A stretch of DNA of 63,266 nucleotides, filler included, from Candidatus Zhuqueibacterota bacterium (lineage in GTDB: Bacteria > BS750m-G25), in assembly GCA_016783505.1 (NCBI GenBank). It is 3 parts of 3 records of this genome, joined end to end, with 100 filler letters (N's around TTAATTAATTAA, not from the genome) between each part and the next. Parts side by side here need not be neighbours in the genome. Positions count along the whole stretch, not along the records: positions 28,723 to 57,282 come from JADHWK010000031.1; 2 more parts are not named here. One strand, written 5' to 3'. Position numbers and translations under genes: made by a program. Of this stretch, positions 38,275 through 48,797 are shown piece after piece (the stretch's first letter is position 1; the number at the start of each line of letters is the position of its first letter). The notes beneath the pieces are model-generated. The model saw only the letters and a program-made list of their open reading frames with translations. It was not told the DNA's origin and made no database searches.

Positions 38275-39723
38275 TTAGTTAGAACGGGATAGATAATCAA
38301 GGGCCTTCCTTAATCTCCGCACCACCCGGTCTTTTCCCAGAACGACCATTACCTCAAAAATCCCGGGGCTGGCCCCCCGCCCGGTCAGGGCTATTCTGGC
38401 AGGATGGATGATGGCTGCCGCTTTCACCCCCATTCCCTCCGCCAGACCCCGGATGACCGTTTCGATCCCCCCCTCGTCAAATGGATCAATCTTCTCCAAT
38501 GCCTCGACCAGCAGGGAAAACCACCGGGTCAGGTGAGGGACTCCCCAGAACTTACGGACTGCTTTGGGATCATAAGTGGTGGGATCTTTGAAAAAGTAGG
38601 TCCCCGCTTCTACAAATTCTGGTGTTTTTTTTACCCGATTCTTCAGGAGCTCTACCACCTTTTTTACATATTCCATCTCCGATTTAGATGACTCCTGAAT
38701 GCCCCACTCTTTCAAATAAGGATAAAGATCCTGGACAAGGTCTTCTTCCGATTTCCGCCGCAGGTAGATGCCGTTCATCCATTCCAGCTTCTGCTCGTCG
38801 AAGATGGCATTGCTGGGTGAGATCCCGGACAGGTCGAATGCGGAGATGAGCTCACTTAAGGTCATCACCTCACGGTCGTCCCCCGGAGACCAGCCCAGCA
38901 GCGCCAGGTAGTTGCGTACCGTTTCCGGGAAATAGCCCTGCTGCCGGTATTCCTCAAGGGAGGTGGCTCCGTGGCGCTTGGACAGTCGTTTCCGGTCGGG
39001 ACCCAGAATCAGGGGCAAGTGGGCAAAGAACGGGGGCTCCCATCCAAAAGCCCGGTAGAGCAATAGCTGTTTGGGGGTATTGGTTATATGGTCAGCCCCC
39101 CGGATGACGTGGGTAATACCCATATCGTGATCATCCACCACCACGGTGAGGTTGTAGGTAGGTTGCCCGTTCCGCCTGATAAGAATAAAATCATCTATCT
39201 CGGTGCCATCCACGGTGATCTTATTGAATACCCCATCCTTATATGATACTTCTCCCTCAAGGACCTGAAAGCGGATAACCGAGGGCCGTCCTTCCTGTAA
39301 ATATTTAGCCCTGAGTTCAGGGCTAAGGTGTCGGCAAGTCCCGTCGTAGCGGTAGTCCTTTTTCTCCCTTACGGCAACCCGGCGCTTCTGCTCTAGTAGT
39401 TCGGGAGAACAAAAACAGTGGTAAGCCCGGCCTGATTTCACCAGCCTGTCCACTGCCTTTTGATGGAGGGAGATCCTCCGGGATTGAAACAGGGGCTCTT
39501 CTTCCCAGTCCAATCCCAGCCACCGCAGACCACCCAGGATCCCCGCCACCATTTCGGGGCTGGAGCGGGCTAGGTCGGTGTCCTCTATCCGGAGGAGAAA
39601 TTTACCCCCCATCTTACGGGCATAGATCCAGTTGAATAGGGCCGTGCGGGCACCCCCGATGTGCAGGTGCCCGGTGGGACTGGGGGCAAAACGCACCCTC
39701 ACTTTGTTGATCTCTTCAGTCAC
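38275..39723 (-). CDS. gltX: Glutamyl-tRNA synthetase
   Basis: RFAPSPTG.LHIGG, LRIEDTD, CFC zinc site, VIRG.DH..NT, RLSKRHG. Confidence 0.97.
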   Translation of the reverse strand: MTEEINKVRVRFAPSPTGHLHIGGARTALFNWIYARKMGGKFLLRIEDTDLARSSPEMVAGILGGLRWLGLDWEEEPLFQSRRISLHQKAVDRLVKSGRAYHCFCSPELLEQKRRVAVREKKDYRYDGTCRHLSPELRAKYLQEGRPSVIRFQVLEGEVSYKDGVFNKITVDGTEIDDFILIRRNGQPTYNLTVVVDDHDMGITHVIRGADHITNTPKQLLLYRAFGWEPPFFAHLPLILGPDRKRLSKRHGATSLEEYRQQGYFPETVRNYLALLGWSPGDDREVMTLSELISAFDLSGISPSNAIFDEQKLEWMNGIYLRRKSEEDLVQDLYPYLKEWGIQESSKSEMEYVKKVVELLKNRVKKTPEFVEAGTYFFKDPTTYDPKAVRKFWGVPHLTRWFSLLVEALEKIDPFDEGGIETVIRGLAEGMGVKAAAIIHPARIALTGRGASPGIFEVMVVLGKDRVVRRLRKALDYLSRSN

Positions 39724-39833
39724 AATGTATTACCTCGGATTTTATAAAAAATTTTTTTCAAAAAATTGGCGTGATGGGAGAATGGGATGATGCTATACAA
39801 GTGAAATTGTTCCCCCAGGATCCCAAGAATTGG

Positions 39834-40208
39834 TCAGTCGGCGACCTGACTGATGCCTGACCGATCAGAGTCTGTGGGCGGTTCCTGGGTTGCTCCAAGG
39901 GCAACCTCTACACCACCGGCCCAACCGGCGATGAGGTTATACACCCAAAGGCCCATTGCAGTTAGAAGCGTTCCCCCCACCGACCACATGAGGGCTGAAA
40001 GAAGACCCACTGCCAAAACGCCCAACCCTTTTAAGGCTCCCAATCCCTCCCCCAGCCCTTCCCCGACCACCGTTTCCGACAACCGCCCCATCAATCCAAT
40101 GAGAACCCAGCCGTAGAACAATCCCACTAAAAACCCCAGGACGAGGAACACCACAAAGAGAATTCTAACCGCCGACCAGATGTTCACACACTTCAGCTCG
40201 TATTTCAT
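39834..40208 (-). CDS. Small two-TM membrane protein (DUF3566-like)
   Basis: LK.V..WSA.R N-terminus and YNLIAGW.GGVEV C-terminus. Confidence 0.65.
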   Translation of the reverse strand: MKYELKCVNIWSAVRILFVVFLVLGFLVGLFYGWVLIGLMGRLSETVVGEGLGEGLGALKGLGVLAVGLLSALMWSVGGTLLTAMGLWVYNLIAGWAGGVEVALGATQEPPTDSDRSGISQVAD

Positions 40209-40375
40209 TTTATTGCTCCCATTAAAGTATTGTTAAAGATAAGAAGAATTTTGGTAAAAATCAACACAAAAGCCCCCTTTCAAGGTCGTGCCTGAAAAAG
40301 CACAACCATTGCCAGGGGGCTTTCGGGAGGGTGAGAGGGTAAATAATAATGGGGGCCGGTTATCGGGTCCCAGGT

Positions 40376-40579
40376 TTACAAACCCTCATGGGGTGAAATC
40401 CCGGTTTGTCTTCCCATCACCAAATTTAGATAAATGTCCCATTCTCGAAAGGCAATGACCCGGTTCCAAAAACCCACATCAATGGTGTTTTGATAGATGG
40501 GTTGCCCTTCCTTCTCCTCATCATCCCCTATCACCTTAGGGGAAAGGACAGTAGTTTTGGGTATACGTAAATAGGCCAT
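40376..40579 (-). CDS. Hypothetical protein
   Basis: 67-aa ORF with an AGGGG RBS, 9 nt after the preceding gene. Confidence 0.35.
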   Translation of the reverse strand: MAYLRIPKTTVLSPKVIGDDEEKEGQPIYQNTIDVGFWNRVIAFREWDIYLNLVMGRQTGISPHEGL

Positions 40580-40588
40580 GTTTGTCCC

Positions 40589-40954
40589 CTATTCAAATAT
40601 TTTACACACCGGACACCGCCAATTGAAGTTGGGGGGGCGTTGGGGATGGGATCCGTTTTCTAAATGCCGGCTTCCCGCAAAGTGATGGTAAAGGCTGCAC
40701 TCCCGCAAAAATGCGCCTTCCGGTGAGGCACAGAAATCAAATTTAAAAAAATGGTATTTTCCAATCCAAGTTTTCAACGCCTTAGCTAAGTTCCTATCAG
40801 CGCGGCCAACGTATTTGGGACTGGAATAGATCCCATTAAACAGGAGGAAAATACCAGGCGGCTTTGGTAAAACCACCGCCTCGATGATGTCCTTCTTCAG
40901 GGGAAACGGTCCTTGCATCTCGCCCACCCTCTTTTCTTGTATGGGGTCTGCCAT
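40589..40954 (-). CDS. GIY-YIG-like small protein with a C-terminal CxxC
   Basis: PPGIFLL...KYVGRAD...AF..EC..YH...N..HP...W.CPVC. Confidence 0.6.
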   Translation of the reverse strand: MADPIQEKRVGEMQGPFPLKKDIIEAVVLPKPPGIFLLFNGIYSSPKYVGRADRNLAKALKTWIGKYHFFKFDFCASPEGAFLRECSLYHHFAGSRHLENGSHPQRPPNFNWRCPVCKIFE

Positions 40955-41024
40955 ACGATCTTTACAATAAGAACTAGGAGATTAAAACTCAACAAAGAAT
41001 CCATTAGCTTTGTTTTACGTCCAA

Positions 41025-41261
41025 TCAATTATTAATTTCTTCAACGATACGCTGAAATTCTTCGGGGGACTCTCCCCACTGATTGACAATAATCTGCTTT
41101 ACTTTCTCAAACGACATCCCTTCCAATTTTAACATATCCCCGATGATTCTCTTCAACGCTGGTTCTTTCCAATACTTATGACAAATCTTTACGGTATCAT
41201 ATCTTTTCTTAAAATTCATATTTTCAATACGCTGAAAATTTTCTTCGTCTTTTGTACTCAT
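41025..41261 (-). CDS. Hypothetical small helical protein
   Basis: 78-aa ORF co-oriented with its neighbours. Confidence 0.5.
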   Translation of the reverse strand: MSTKDEENFQRIENMNFKKRYDTVKICHKYWKEPALKRIIGDMLKLEGMSFEKVKQIIVNQWGESPEEFQRIVEEINN

Positions 41262-41312
41262 GTTCCATCATCGCCCTATTTGTAGGTTTTACTTAATCTT
41301 AAAAAAACAGGA

Positions 41313-41690
41313 TCAATTACAAACCCTAAAGATGGTCGGCATCAGTTCCACATCCAAGGTTCGCTTCAGCACGTAGCCGTCGGCCCGGCTCCTCAGTGCC
41401 GCCTCCCGATATTCGTCCTGGTCGTGTACGGTCAAGATGATGACCTTAACCCCAGGGATCTCATCTTTCAAAATCCCTGCAGCCTGAATGCCGTTGATCC
41501 CGGGCATACTGACGTCCATCAGCACCAAGTCCGGCTTCAGCTCTCGGGCCAGGGCCAAAGCTGCCTGCCCGTTGTCCACCTCCGTCAGCGTAATGGGCCG
41601 GGGCAATTTGGCCATCAAGAATCTCTTCAGGGTATGCCGAAAGCCGGTATGATCATCCACAATCAAAATCTTACAAATTTCCAAACCCAT
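41313..41690 (-). CDS. Stand-alone response regulator receiver, NarL-like
   Basis: ILIVDDH, PDLVLMDVSMP, IILT, GYVLK; no output domain. Confidence 0.9.
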   Translation of the reverse strand: MGLEICKILIVDDHTGFRHTLKRFLMAKLPRPITLTEVDNGQAALALARELKPDLVLMDVSMPGINGIQAAGILKDEIPGVKVIILTVHDQDEYREAALRSRADGYVLKRTLDVELMPTIFRVCN

Positions 41691-41711
41691 GGACAGCCTC
41701 CTTTTTACCTA

Positions 41712-41820
41712 TAATATAAAATTTATTTTCCAATTAGTCAATTCGTAGAAATACCTGTTTTGCATGTAAAAAACACCTAATTTGCCTGTTTAAAATACCT
41801 AATACCCTGTGTTTTTCTAC
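41712..41820 (-). promoter_or_regulatory. Promoter with phased upstream direct repeats
   Basis: TTGACT-N17-TATATT (41740-41712); GT..AAA(T/C)ACCT repeats ending at 41756, 41778 and 41800 on +. Confidence 0.55.
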
Positions 41821-42064
41821 TAATGCACAAATGTTCATAAATAAAATCGAAGGGCTAAAAATTAACTGTCAAATAGAACCTTTAAATAAAAAAAGCCAGC
41901 ACCCAAATTGAATGCTGGCAAGTTTGTTACTTCAAGGTTGCACCTTGAAGCATTACATACACCTTCAGGTTATACTCTGCTATTTTTTTCGCTGAGTTCA
42001 ATTAAAATTTGATTCTGCTGATAATCTAAAGGTAAAGCTGTTCGCGTAAAATAGTAAAACAATT

Positions 42065-45000
42065 CTACCGCAAAAGGACCATCTTTTTGATTTTAATAAA
42101 ATTGTTCACCGTCATCCTGCAGAAATATATGCCTGAGGGAATATCCCCGGCCTCCCAGGACAGGTGGTAAACCCCCGGTTCCATGACACCATCAGCCAGT
42201 CGGGCCACCTCCCGGCCCAGAACATCATAGATAACCAGCCTGACCCGGCCCCTTTCCTTTACAGAAAACCGAATTGTCGTTGCCGAATTGAACGGATTGG
42301 GATAATTTTGTATTAAGGCAAAGTCTCTCGGTATGAAGCCGGGCTTTTCGCCAATGAACATAAAGGGCAAAACCCTCAGGGTCACCAATACGTGAATTGA
42401 ATCGGCCAGGGCGGTGTGATCAATGTGCAGATGGGCGTTGTAAAGACCAGTATCCATTCCGGCGGCATTAAAGGTCAAAGAAATTTCCTGCTCTCCTTCC
42501 TCCCTTATGTTTCCGTTTAAGGGGGATACGTACAGCCAAGTGATCCGGGCACCCAGGTCGTAGCCGTTCACATGGCAGGTGTCCCCCCGGATGGTGGCCA
42601 CCAGCGTCCACCGTGCTGGGTCATAATCGGGGGTGATGGCCAGCCCACCCGGGTCTTCGTCAGGGGAACCCGGAAATTGGGTCAGGGTGCTGATCCCACC
42701 GCTGACCGGGTCTAACCTACTTATCCTCAGGGGGGGGATGCCGTCCTTGGAAAGAATGTAAAGGTTGGCCCCATCCGGGTCCTGGGGATGCCAGGCCAGG
42801 CCATATACCCGCAATTCATTAGCATATTGACGCAAAATCCCCCCATCCCTGCTTATTTCAAATATGTCCGTATGGGTCCCAGACACCCAGAAATGATCGG
42901 TGGATGGGTCGTAGGCGATGCTACGGCAGGGGAAAACCGGGGTGGGGATCTCCCCTACCGCCACCCCAGAGGTGTCGAAGCCGATGATGTCCACACCAAA
43001 GCTGCCGTAAAGAAAGCTGCCATCCCAGGCCAGATCCCGCATACCCCAGCCAGCCGATCCCCCGGGTTGTTCAAAGGAGCCGACATAGTTCCCTTCCCGA
43101 TCGAAGCGATAGACATAGTTGGGCTGTTCGGAGTTGTTGGCCCCTGTGAGGTAGAAAAAGCTTGAGTCAAATTCAGCCCCCAGTATGCGCCCATCCCCGG
43201 TTGGGGTGCTGGCGTCGAAGGAGAAGACCCCTTCCCCCACCGCCGCGGTGTCCGTTCGCTCAAAGACCAACCGAATGGAATAGCTCACGGGACCGTTTCC
43301 GGGATTGCTGAGGTGAAAGGCAGCATCGGTCTGCTCCCCCTGAACAAGCTGAACCCCGACCTCAAGGGTATCCACAGCGATGTCGGGATGCAGCAGGGCA
43401 AAGTTTACCACCACAGTGTCAAAGTAGTCCATCACCACCCCTGTGACGGTATCCGGGATAAACCCCGGCTTACTGGCGGTCATTAGGTAAGTATCCGGGG
43501 GAATCTCAGAAATCGAATAGGACCCCAGGGTATCCGTCCAGGCCTGCAGGGTGTCGGAGGCCCCTTCAACCACCACCAATGCTTCCCCCAATGGCTCACC
43601 GGTGGCTGAGTCGGTCACTGTCCCTGTTAACATCCCTGATGGGGGGGGCTCGGTGATGAAGCCCCGGTTATAGAAGGACATATAGATAACCATATAATGT
43701 TCGCCGCCATACAGGTCCTCGTCGGCCTGGAGCACCGCCCAGGACCCATCCTCAAAGGTGGCACCGTAAGTCATGTAGTAGTGGCCCTGGACCACCACCC
43801 GGTCGGTGATTTCCCGATTTAGTTGATTATAGATCACCCACAGAGATGCCGACCACATCTCCCCGTCCGCGTGGACCTGACCGATGTAGTCCTCCGGATA
43901 ATGCTTATTTGAGATCAAAAACCGCCCTGGCCAGAAGGGGTTGTGACCGTCCCAGTTGAACACCCAGTCCCGGTTAAAATCCGATATGGAAGCGCTGTAG
44001 CTGCCCGCCCAGTAATCCCCAAACCCCTCCCCCATGGCCCCCATATGGCCCCCGCCCCAGCTAGGCACCTGGGAGTGCTGGATGGCATGGCCGTATTCGT
44101 GGAGGATGACATCAGCGTCCTCGGCATCGTCCACCCCCCCCTCACCAAAGGCGAGGCGATTTGAGCTGGGAAGATAATGAGAATTGTCGGCCCCATTTAG
44201 GCCGTGGGGATCCGCCTGAATGGGCCCGTGCTGGATACCATCGAAGCCTAAGGATTGCAGCCACCGCTGGGAGGTGTCAATGAAATAATAAACCATCACG
44301 TCCTCAAACCCCTGCTCGCTTCGGGTGAACCAGAAGGAGTCAGGATCTATGGCGGTTGCGGGTGGGCTGGTGGGCGGTTCAAAGTCCAATATTTGTACCC
44401 AGGGGCCGTTCAGGTGATACACTCCCCCAGAAAGGGTGAGGTCCAACAGGGCCACCGTGTCCCGCTCGGCGTTGAGCTGAGGGGTGTCGGCATCCCCCCC
44501 GTCCACATAGCCCGGGTCTCCATAATTCACCCCCGCCGTGGTCAGGGGATCGGGGTTGAAGGCGAGCCCGGTGCCATCCACATAGCAGGCCCGGTCATAG
44601 GTCCACAGGACCTCTCCGGTTCCGGCATCCACCATCACCTCCCAGTCGCCTAAGGGGTCATCTACAGGAACGGAAACATCATAGGCTAAAATGGTCTTCT
44701 CTTTGTCTCTATAAATAACCAATTCGGCCTTTTGATCCCCGATCAATTTCCCCCGAACGCCCACTGCCCCCCGGGCGATAAGAATGGCCTCCTCCCCCGT
44801 TAGCCCCGGGCGAACCAATTTCAGGGCGATATTGGGCCAGAAGTTGTTGGTAACCATGGTCACCCAGCCCTTCCGGTTGAGAGAGACCACCAGCTCCCCC
44901 CTATAGACGGGGACACCCCTATGGACCTGATGGAAACGGACGTGATGCCCGGCCGGGCTTTCCTGCACGGCGGTTAGTTCAAACTCGCTTAGGTCAGGTT

Positions 45001-45259
45001 TGATCTTGAAAAGCCGATGGTTTTCCCTTAAAAATTGCTCCGCCATTTCCCTGGGGGAGCCCGTCAGTGGGCCATAATTAGCCCGATAGATAGCTAACGG
45101 AATGCCCGTCCCCTTCTCAAATCGGATGTTTCCCTTACGGATACTCTTCCGGATTTGAGAGGGTTCCGCCTGACTACCAGTGGTCAGGGGCTTGGTAGCT
45201 AAAGCAACGCTTATGCTGCCCATCCAGATGAACAGACCCACCGCGACGATCTTTCTCAT
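42065..45259 (-). CDS. Secreted M36/M4-like zinc metallopeptidase with FTP propeptide, carboxypeptidase-regulatory and propeller-like regions, and C-terminal secretion domain
   Basis: HVRFHQVHRGVPV propeptide, HEYGH zinc motif, GEGFGD, QNYPNPFN; likely start MRKIVAV at 45259 (the upstream extension reads through a REP). Confidence 0.88.
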   Translation of the reverse strand: MRKIVAVGLFIWMGSISVALATKPLTTGSQAEPSQIRKSIRKGNIRFEKGTGIPLAIYRANYGPLTGSPREMAEQFLRENHRLFKIKPDLSEFELTAVQESPAGHHVRFHQVHRGVPVYRGELVVSLNRKGWVTMVTNNFWPNIALKLVRPGLTGEEAILIARGAVGVRGKLIGDQKAELVIYRDKEKTILAYDVSVPVDDPLGDWEVMVDAGTGEVLWTYDRACYVDGTGLAFNPDPLTTAGVNYGDPGYVDGGDADTPQLNAERDTVALLDLTLSGGVYHLNGPWVQILDFEPPTSPPATAIDPDSFWFTRSEQGFEDVMVYYFIDTSQRWLQSLGFDGIQHGPIQADPHGLNGADNSHYLPSSNRLAFGEGGVDDAEDADVILHEYGHAIQHSQVPSWGGGHMGAMGEGFGDYWAGSYSASISDFNRDWVFNWDGHNPFWPGRFLISNKHYPEDYIGQVHADGEMWSASLWVIYNQLNREITDRVVVQGHYYMTYGATFEDGSWAVLQADEDLYGGEHYMVIYMSFYNRGFITEPPPSGMLTGTVTDSATGEPLGEALVVVEGASDTLQAWTDTLGSYSISEIPPDTYLMTASKPGFIPDTVTGVVMDYFDTVVVNFALLHPDIAVDTLEVGVQLVQGEQTDAAFHLSNPGNGPVSYSIRLVFERTDTAAVGEGVFSFDASTPTGDGRILGAEFDSSFFYLTGANNSEQPNYVYRFDREGNYVGSFEQPGGSAGWGMRDLAWDGSFLYGSFGVDIIGFDTSGVAVGEIPTPVFPCRSIAYDPSTDHFWVSGTHTDIFEISRDGGILRQYANELRVYGLAWHPQDPDGANLYILSKDGIPPLRISRLDPVSGGISTLTQFPGSPDEDPGGLAITPDYDPARWTLVATIRGDTCHVNGYDLGARITWLYVSPLNGNIREEGEQEISLTFNAAGMDTGLYNAHLHIDHTALADSIHVLVTLRVLPFMFIGEKPGFIPRDFALIQNYPNPFNSATTIRFSVKERGRVRLVIYDVLGREVARLADGVMEPGVYHLSWEAGDIPSGIYFCRMTVNNFIKIKKMVLLR

Positions 45260-45621
45260 TTCCCAATCATTATTTTTAATAACATAAAATTTTTCAATAA
45301 AGTTAAGACGAAATTTTAAATTAATCAAGAAAAAAGTTGTCCTGCTCTGCTGCCGGATGAAGAATTTCAGGGGCCCTTCCCCCGATAAGTCGGGGTCAGG
45401 ATGACATCTGGCATCTACCCGTTTATGCTTTTCTGTGTCATGCGGCAAAAAGAAAAGCGCCCTAAGAATAAATGGGGTGCCTTTCTTAATTAAACTAGCA
45501 AGCGGATACGTGCTCGTCGGGGATGTTGTCCCGAATCACGAAGCTTCGGGACAGGACAGTTTTCACCTTTCAGGTACCGATGGATGACAACATCCATCGG
45601 GAGCAGGGAAGCTGTAGAATA

Positions 45622-47019
45622 TCAAAAGCGATTAATCAACGTAAATTCAACCCCCTCAAATTCCGGACGGACGATACACACACCGCCCGCACAGATTTTT
45701 CCCTTCCTTCGGGTACCGCCGAATATGGTCAAGTCAAAGTTCTCCAGAAAATTAACATCCAACTGACCACCCACCCAGAACTTTTTGTCCGAAACCTGAT
45801 CGGTGGTTCGCTCACCTAATATGGAAATGGTAAAAATTGGAGAATGAGCAAAACTCAACGCAAAAGCCAGATTGTAAAATTGTCGGTCGGTTAAACGGAT
45901 TTTTGCATGCTGATGCTCATAAATAAACTTTATTGAATTATAATCACTTACATTACATTTGACCGACCCCAGAAAATTCAGGTAGCGTGCTTCCAGATCT
46001 TTCTGCTCTCCACTGCCTCCTACCAGATTCCAATCATCGGTGGGATCAAGTTCCAACTGTCCGTAATACTCCCGGTAAAGAAGCAAATTGTCATGATTTT
46101 CCGTGCGATTATGGTTCAGGGTTAATACTCCCATATCACCGAGGGTATAAGTCAACTCTACCAGATAACCTTCTTCATCATTGGCGTCCTGTACCCGCTG
46201 ATGCCGATTGAGCAGTGTATACTGATGTTCCCGAATAACGGAAGGCGGATTATTATATGTTAACCCTTCGGTCAGATCAAAGTGATCGTAGTCACGATAC
46301 TCCACCAAAGCACCCAGCAGCCCGACAAACAGATTGCCCATCATATACAGTGCGCTACCTTTGGGAAATTGTTCTGGATAATCCTTGAAAGCCCTCTCAG
46401 CATAAAAACTTCCCCAGTTCAGATTCATACTCCCGAACAAGGCTCCCCAATTCACTTTACCTTTGGAATTTAATTTGGTGGTAATGTAACTACCTCCAAA
46501 ATGAAAAGCAGGGTGCGGTTTCAGTTTTAATTCAGTCCCCTGTAAGGGCTCAAATCGCCGGCCCCGGCGATCGCGGGGGCGACCTCCCAAAGCCTGAATA
46601 TCCACATATTTGCTATGATACTTGAATTTCACGCCATCTATGTTGGTATCCCAGCGCAAGGTGCGGCTGTCAAATGATCGTAAAACTAATCCTCTTCCAA
46701 ATAAACTGTAATAATTCCCAATGGTTACCGCTAAATTTTTGGTGTGGTATTCCACAAATCGTTGGGAAACTCCCTGACCGATGGTGTCCTGGGAATAAGG
46801 CTGTGGGGGTAGATGAAATTCATAGCGGAGACCTATCCGCCAGTTCTGATGTTTCAAATAAACATCTGTCCAGTCTTCAAAATATTTCTCGTCTGTCTTA
46901 CGATCAAGGGAATATTCTAAATAGTTGTTACCCTGTAACTCTATTTGTGCTAACCCCCCCCCCGTCGTTAGAAATAGAGCCCAAATAGAAACCAAAAAAA
47001 TTGAAAATCGAATCTTCAT
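45622..47019 (-). CDS. Outer-membrane beta-barrel protein, DUF6029-like
   Basis: Signal peptide, GNYYSLFGRGLVLR, C-terminal GKICAGGVC...RF. Confidence 0.75.
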   Translation of the reverse strand: MKIRFSIFLVSIWALFLTTGGGLAQIELQGNNYLEYSLDRKTDEKYFEDWTDVYLKHQNWRIGLRYEFHLPPQPYSQDTIGQGVSQRFVEYHTKNLAVTIGNYYSLFGRGLVLRSFDSRTLRWDTNIDGVKFKYHSKYVDIQALGGRPRDRRGRRFEPLQGTELKLKPHPAFHFGGSYITTKLNSKGKVNWGALFGSMNLNWGSFYAERAFKDYPEQFPKGSALYMMGNLFVGLLGALVEYRDYDHFDLTEGLTYNNPPSVIREHQYTLLNRHQRVQDANDEEGYLVELTYTLGDMGVLTLNHNRTENHDNLLLYREYYGQLELDPTDDWNLVGGSGEQKDLEARYLNFLGSVKCNVSDYNSIKFIYEHQHAKIRLTDRQFYNLAFALSFAHSPIFTISILGERTTDQVSDKKFWVGGQLDVNFLENFDLTIFGGTRRKGKICAGGVCIVRPEFEGVEFTLINRF

Positions 47020-47027
47020 ACCATTGG

Positions 47028-47528
47028 CTAATTTAATAATTTTTTTATCTTTTCCTCAAGTTCCTTTTCATCCCCAACCCGGTAACCCATATGGGTGTAT
47101 ACTATTTGTCCGTCCCTATCCAGCAATACTGTATAGGGAAGAAGAGTACCCCGGAATAGTTTCAGGACCTCATTATTAGTATCCAACAAAATGATAAAAG
47201 GATACCGATGGGACCTTACAAAGCTTTTTACCCTTCCCACCGTCTTGGGATCATCCACCGAGATGGCTAAAAACTTTACCCCTTTTTCTGAATGGTTCTT
47301 ATAGATCTTTTTGATCTTCTTCAATTCCTCAATACACGGCATACACCAGGTCGCCCAAAAGTTCATTACAATGGGACCTTCACCCAGATTTTCATAAAGT
47401 TGGTAATTTTTTCCGTTTAAATCCGGCAAAGTAAAATCCGGAGCCCTATTCGATGTTTCTTTTTCCTCCTGCGCTAGCCCCATCGTGGTAATGACTAACA
47501 TAATTAAAAAGGCTAAACTGCGCTTCAT
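47028..47528 (-). CDS. TlpA-family thiol-disulfide oxidoreductase
   Basis: APDFTLPDL, NFWATWCMPC. Confidence 0.92.
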   Translation of the reverse strand: MKRSLAFLIMLVITTMGLAQEEKETSNRAPDFTLPDLNGKNYQLYENLGEGPIVMNFWATWCMPCIEELKKIKKIYKNHSEKGVKFLAISVDDPKTVGRVKSFVRSHRYPFIILLDTNNEVLKLFRGTLLPYTVLLDRDGQIVYTHMGYRVGDEKELEEKIKKLLN

Positions 47529-47579
47529 AACTCCTCCATTTCTTACTCTTATTTTTTCAGTTTTTTTTGTTGGGTTGGC

Positions 47580-48797
47580 TTAAAATCGGGGATAACGGGT
47601 CCAGGCAGCCTGTAAAACCTGTTTGGTGTTCAGGTCTTGTAAAAAAGCTACCACGGTAAGGTCCTGTCCCCATTGGCTTTTTAAGGCAAACTGAAAATCT
47701 GAGTGAATTTTCATGCCGGAAAACAAATCCACCGGCTGAACATCTTCGTCGGTATAAAAATCGCGAAAAACGGCCTCGAAGTGCATCTGTCCATTGGTGC
47801 CCGGAGGGTTTTGGTAATCAATCACATCCTCAATCAGGGCAATATGCAACACGGTGCCAGAAGGAAGATCTTGCAAGGCTTTGACTTGTATCCTTCCGCT
47901 GATCAGGGTATCCCCACGCTCTAATTGCTGTAAAGCAATAGTGGCACTGGGACTTTGCTGGAGATGTGTTTCTATCAGCGTTCGGTAACTTTGTTCATCC
48001 AGGGGGCTATCGATCGGTTCACCGTCAACATATGCCCGTGGGATAGATTGGAGTTGATAAAACAGCATACGGGAATCATTTCCATCTTTCCCGGAAAGAT
48101 ACATCGGGTCGAATGGAGAAGGCGAATTGGTGTGATATCCGACGGCAATTATTTGGGCGATGCCGTAGCTATCCAACAACTCGTCTACAATAGCATCGGC
48201 CTGGGGACAGGGGAGACAATTGGTATTGGAAAAATGCTCCAGTAGCACAACCCGTTTTAAAATTAAATTTTCAGTTATCCGAATTAATTGATTTGATGTT
48301 ATTTGAATGTCCTTTTGTACCGGCTGGTAATTGCTTTTCCATATTTGAATACGATAGTTTCCTTCTGGAATTCCCGGTAAATTCAAGGGGGTATAGCCAA
48401 AATCCAATCTGTTAATGTAGACCCGAGCGCTGTCGGGAACGGTGGTAATCTGCAGATCCCCAGAGGTGACTCTGTTCAATTCAAACTGAACAGTCTTTTC
48501 CCAACCTTCTTCCACGGTCACCAAGGCGGAATCTGGTGTTGGTTTGGTGGTCGCTAAAAAAACATGAACCACGTGTTCGCCTGCAGGGACATTTTCCAGC
48601 AGAGCAGGTGTCTCTTCACCAGTATCTTTATAATCCAGAAAAATCCGCGCCCCGTAATAATTTACCGATGTCACCAGCAAATTCCCAAATTCCGGGTTAT
48701 AACTGACGATATTCCCTTCTTTGGTCGTACAGGACATCAAAATCATATATAAAACAAACAAATAATTCAATAAACGGAAAGGCCAAATTCGACGCAT
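47580..48797 (-). CDS. Lipoprotein with PEGA repeats and an Omp28-like thioredoxin domain
   Basis: Lipobox LMSC, two PEGA-like repeats, VLLEHFSNTNCLPC, VVAFLQD. Confidence 0.8.
   Translation of the reverse strand: MRRIWPFRLLNYLFVLYMILMSCTTKEGNIVSYNPEFGNLLVTSVNYYGARIFLDYKDTGEETPALLENVPAGEHVVHVFLATTKPTPDSALVTVEEGWEKTVQFELNRVTSGDLQITTVPDSARVYINRLDFGYTPLNLPGIPEGNYRIQIWKSNYQPVQKDIQITSNQLIRITENLILKRVVLLEHFSNTNCLPCPQADAIVDELLDSYGIAQIIAVGYHTNSPSPFDPMYLSGKDGNDSRMLFYQLQSIPRAYVDGEPIDSPLDEQSYRTLIETHLQQSPSATIALQQLERGDTLISGRIQVKALQDLPSGTVLHIALIEDVIDYQNPPGTNGQMHFEAVFRDFYTDEDVQPVDLFSGMKIHSDFQFALKSQWGQDLTVVAFLQDLNTKQVLQAAWTRYPRF

Noticed and set aside
45260-45448. N-terminal extension of the M36-like ORF
   Set aside because: It translates a REP and a promoter region; the signal peptide begins at MRKIVAV (45259)
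45622-48797. Selenocysteine in the redox cluster
   Set aside because: All Cys motifs are complete with no in-frame TGA
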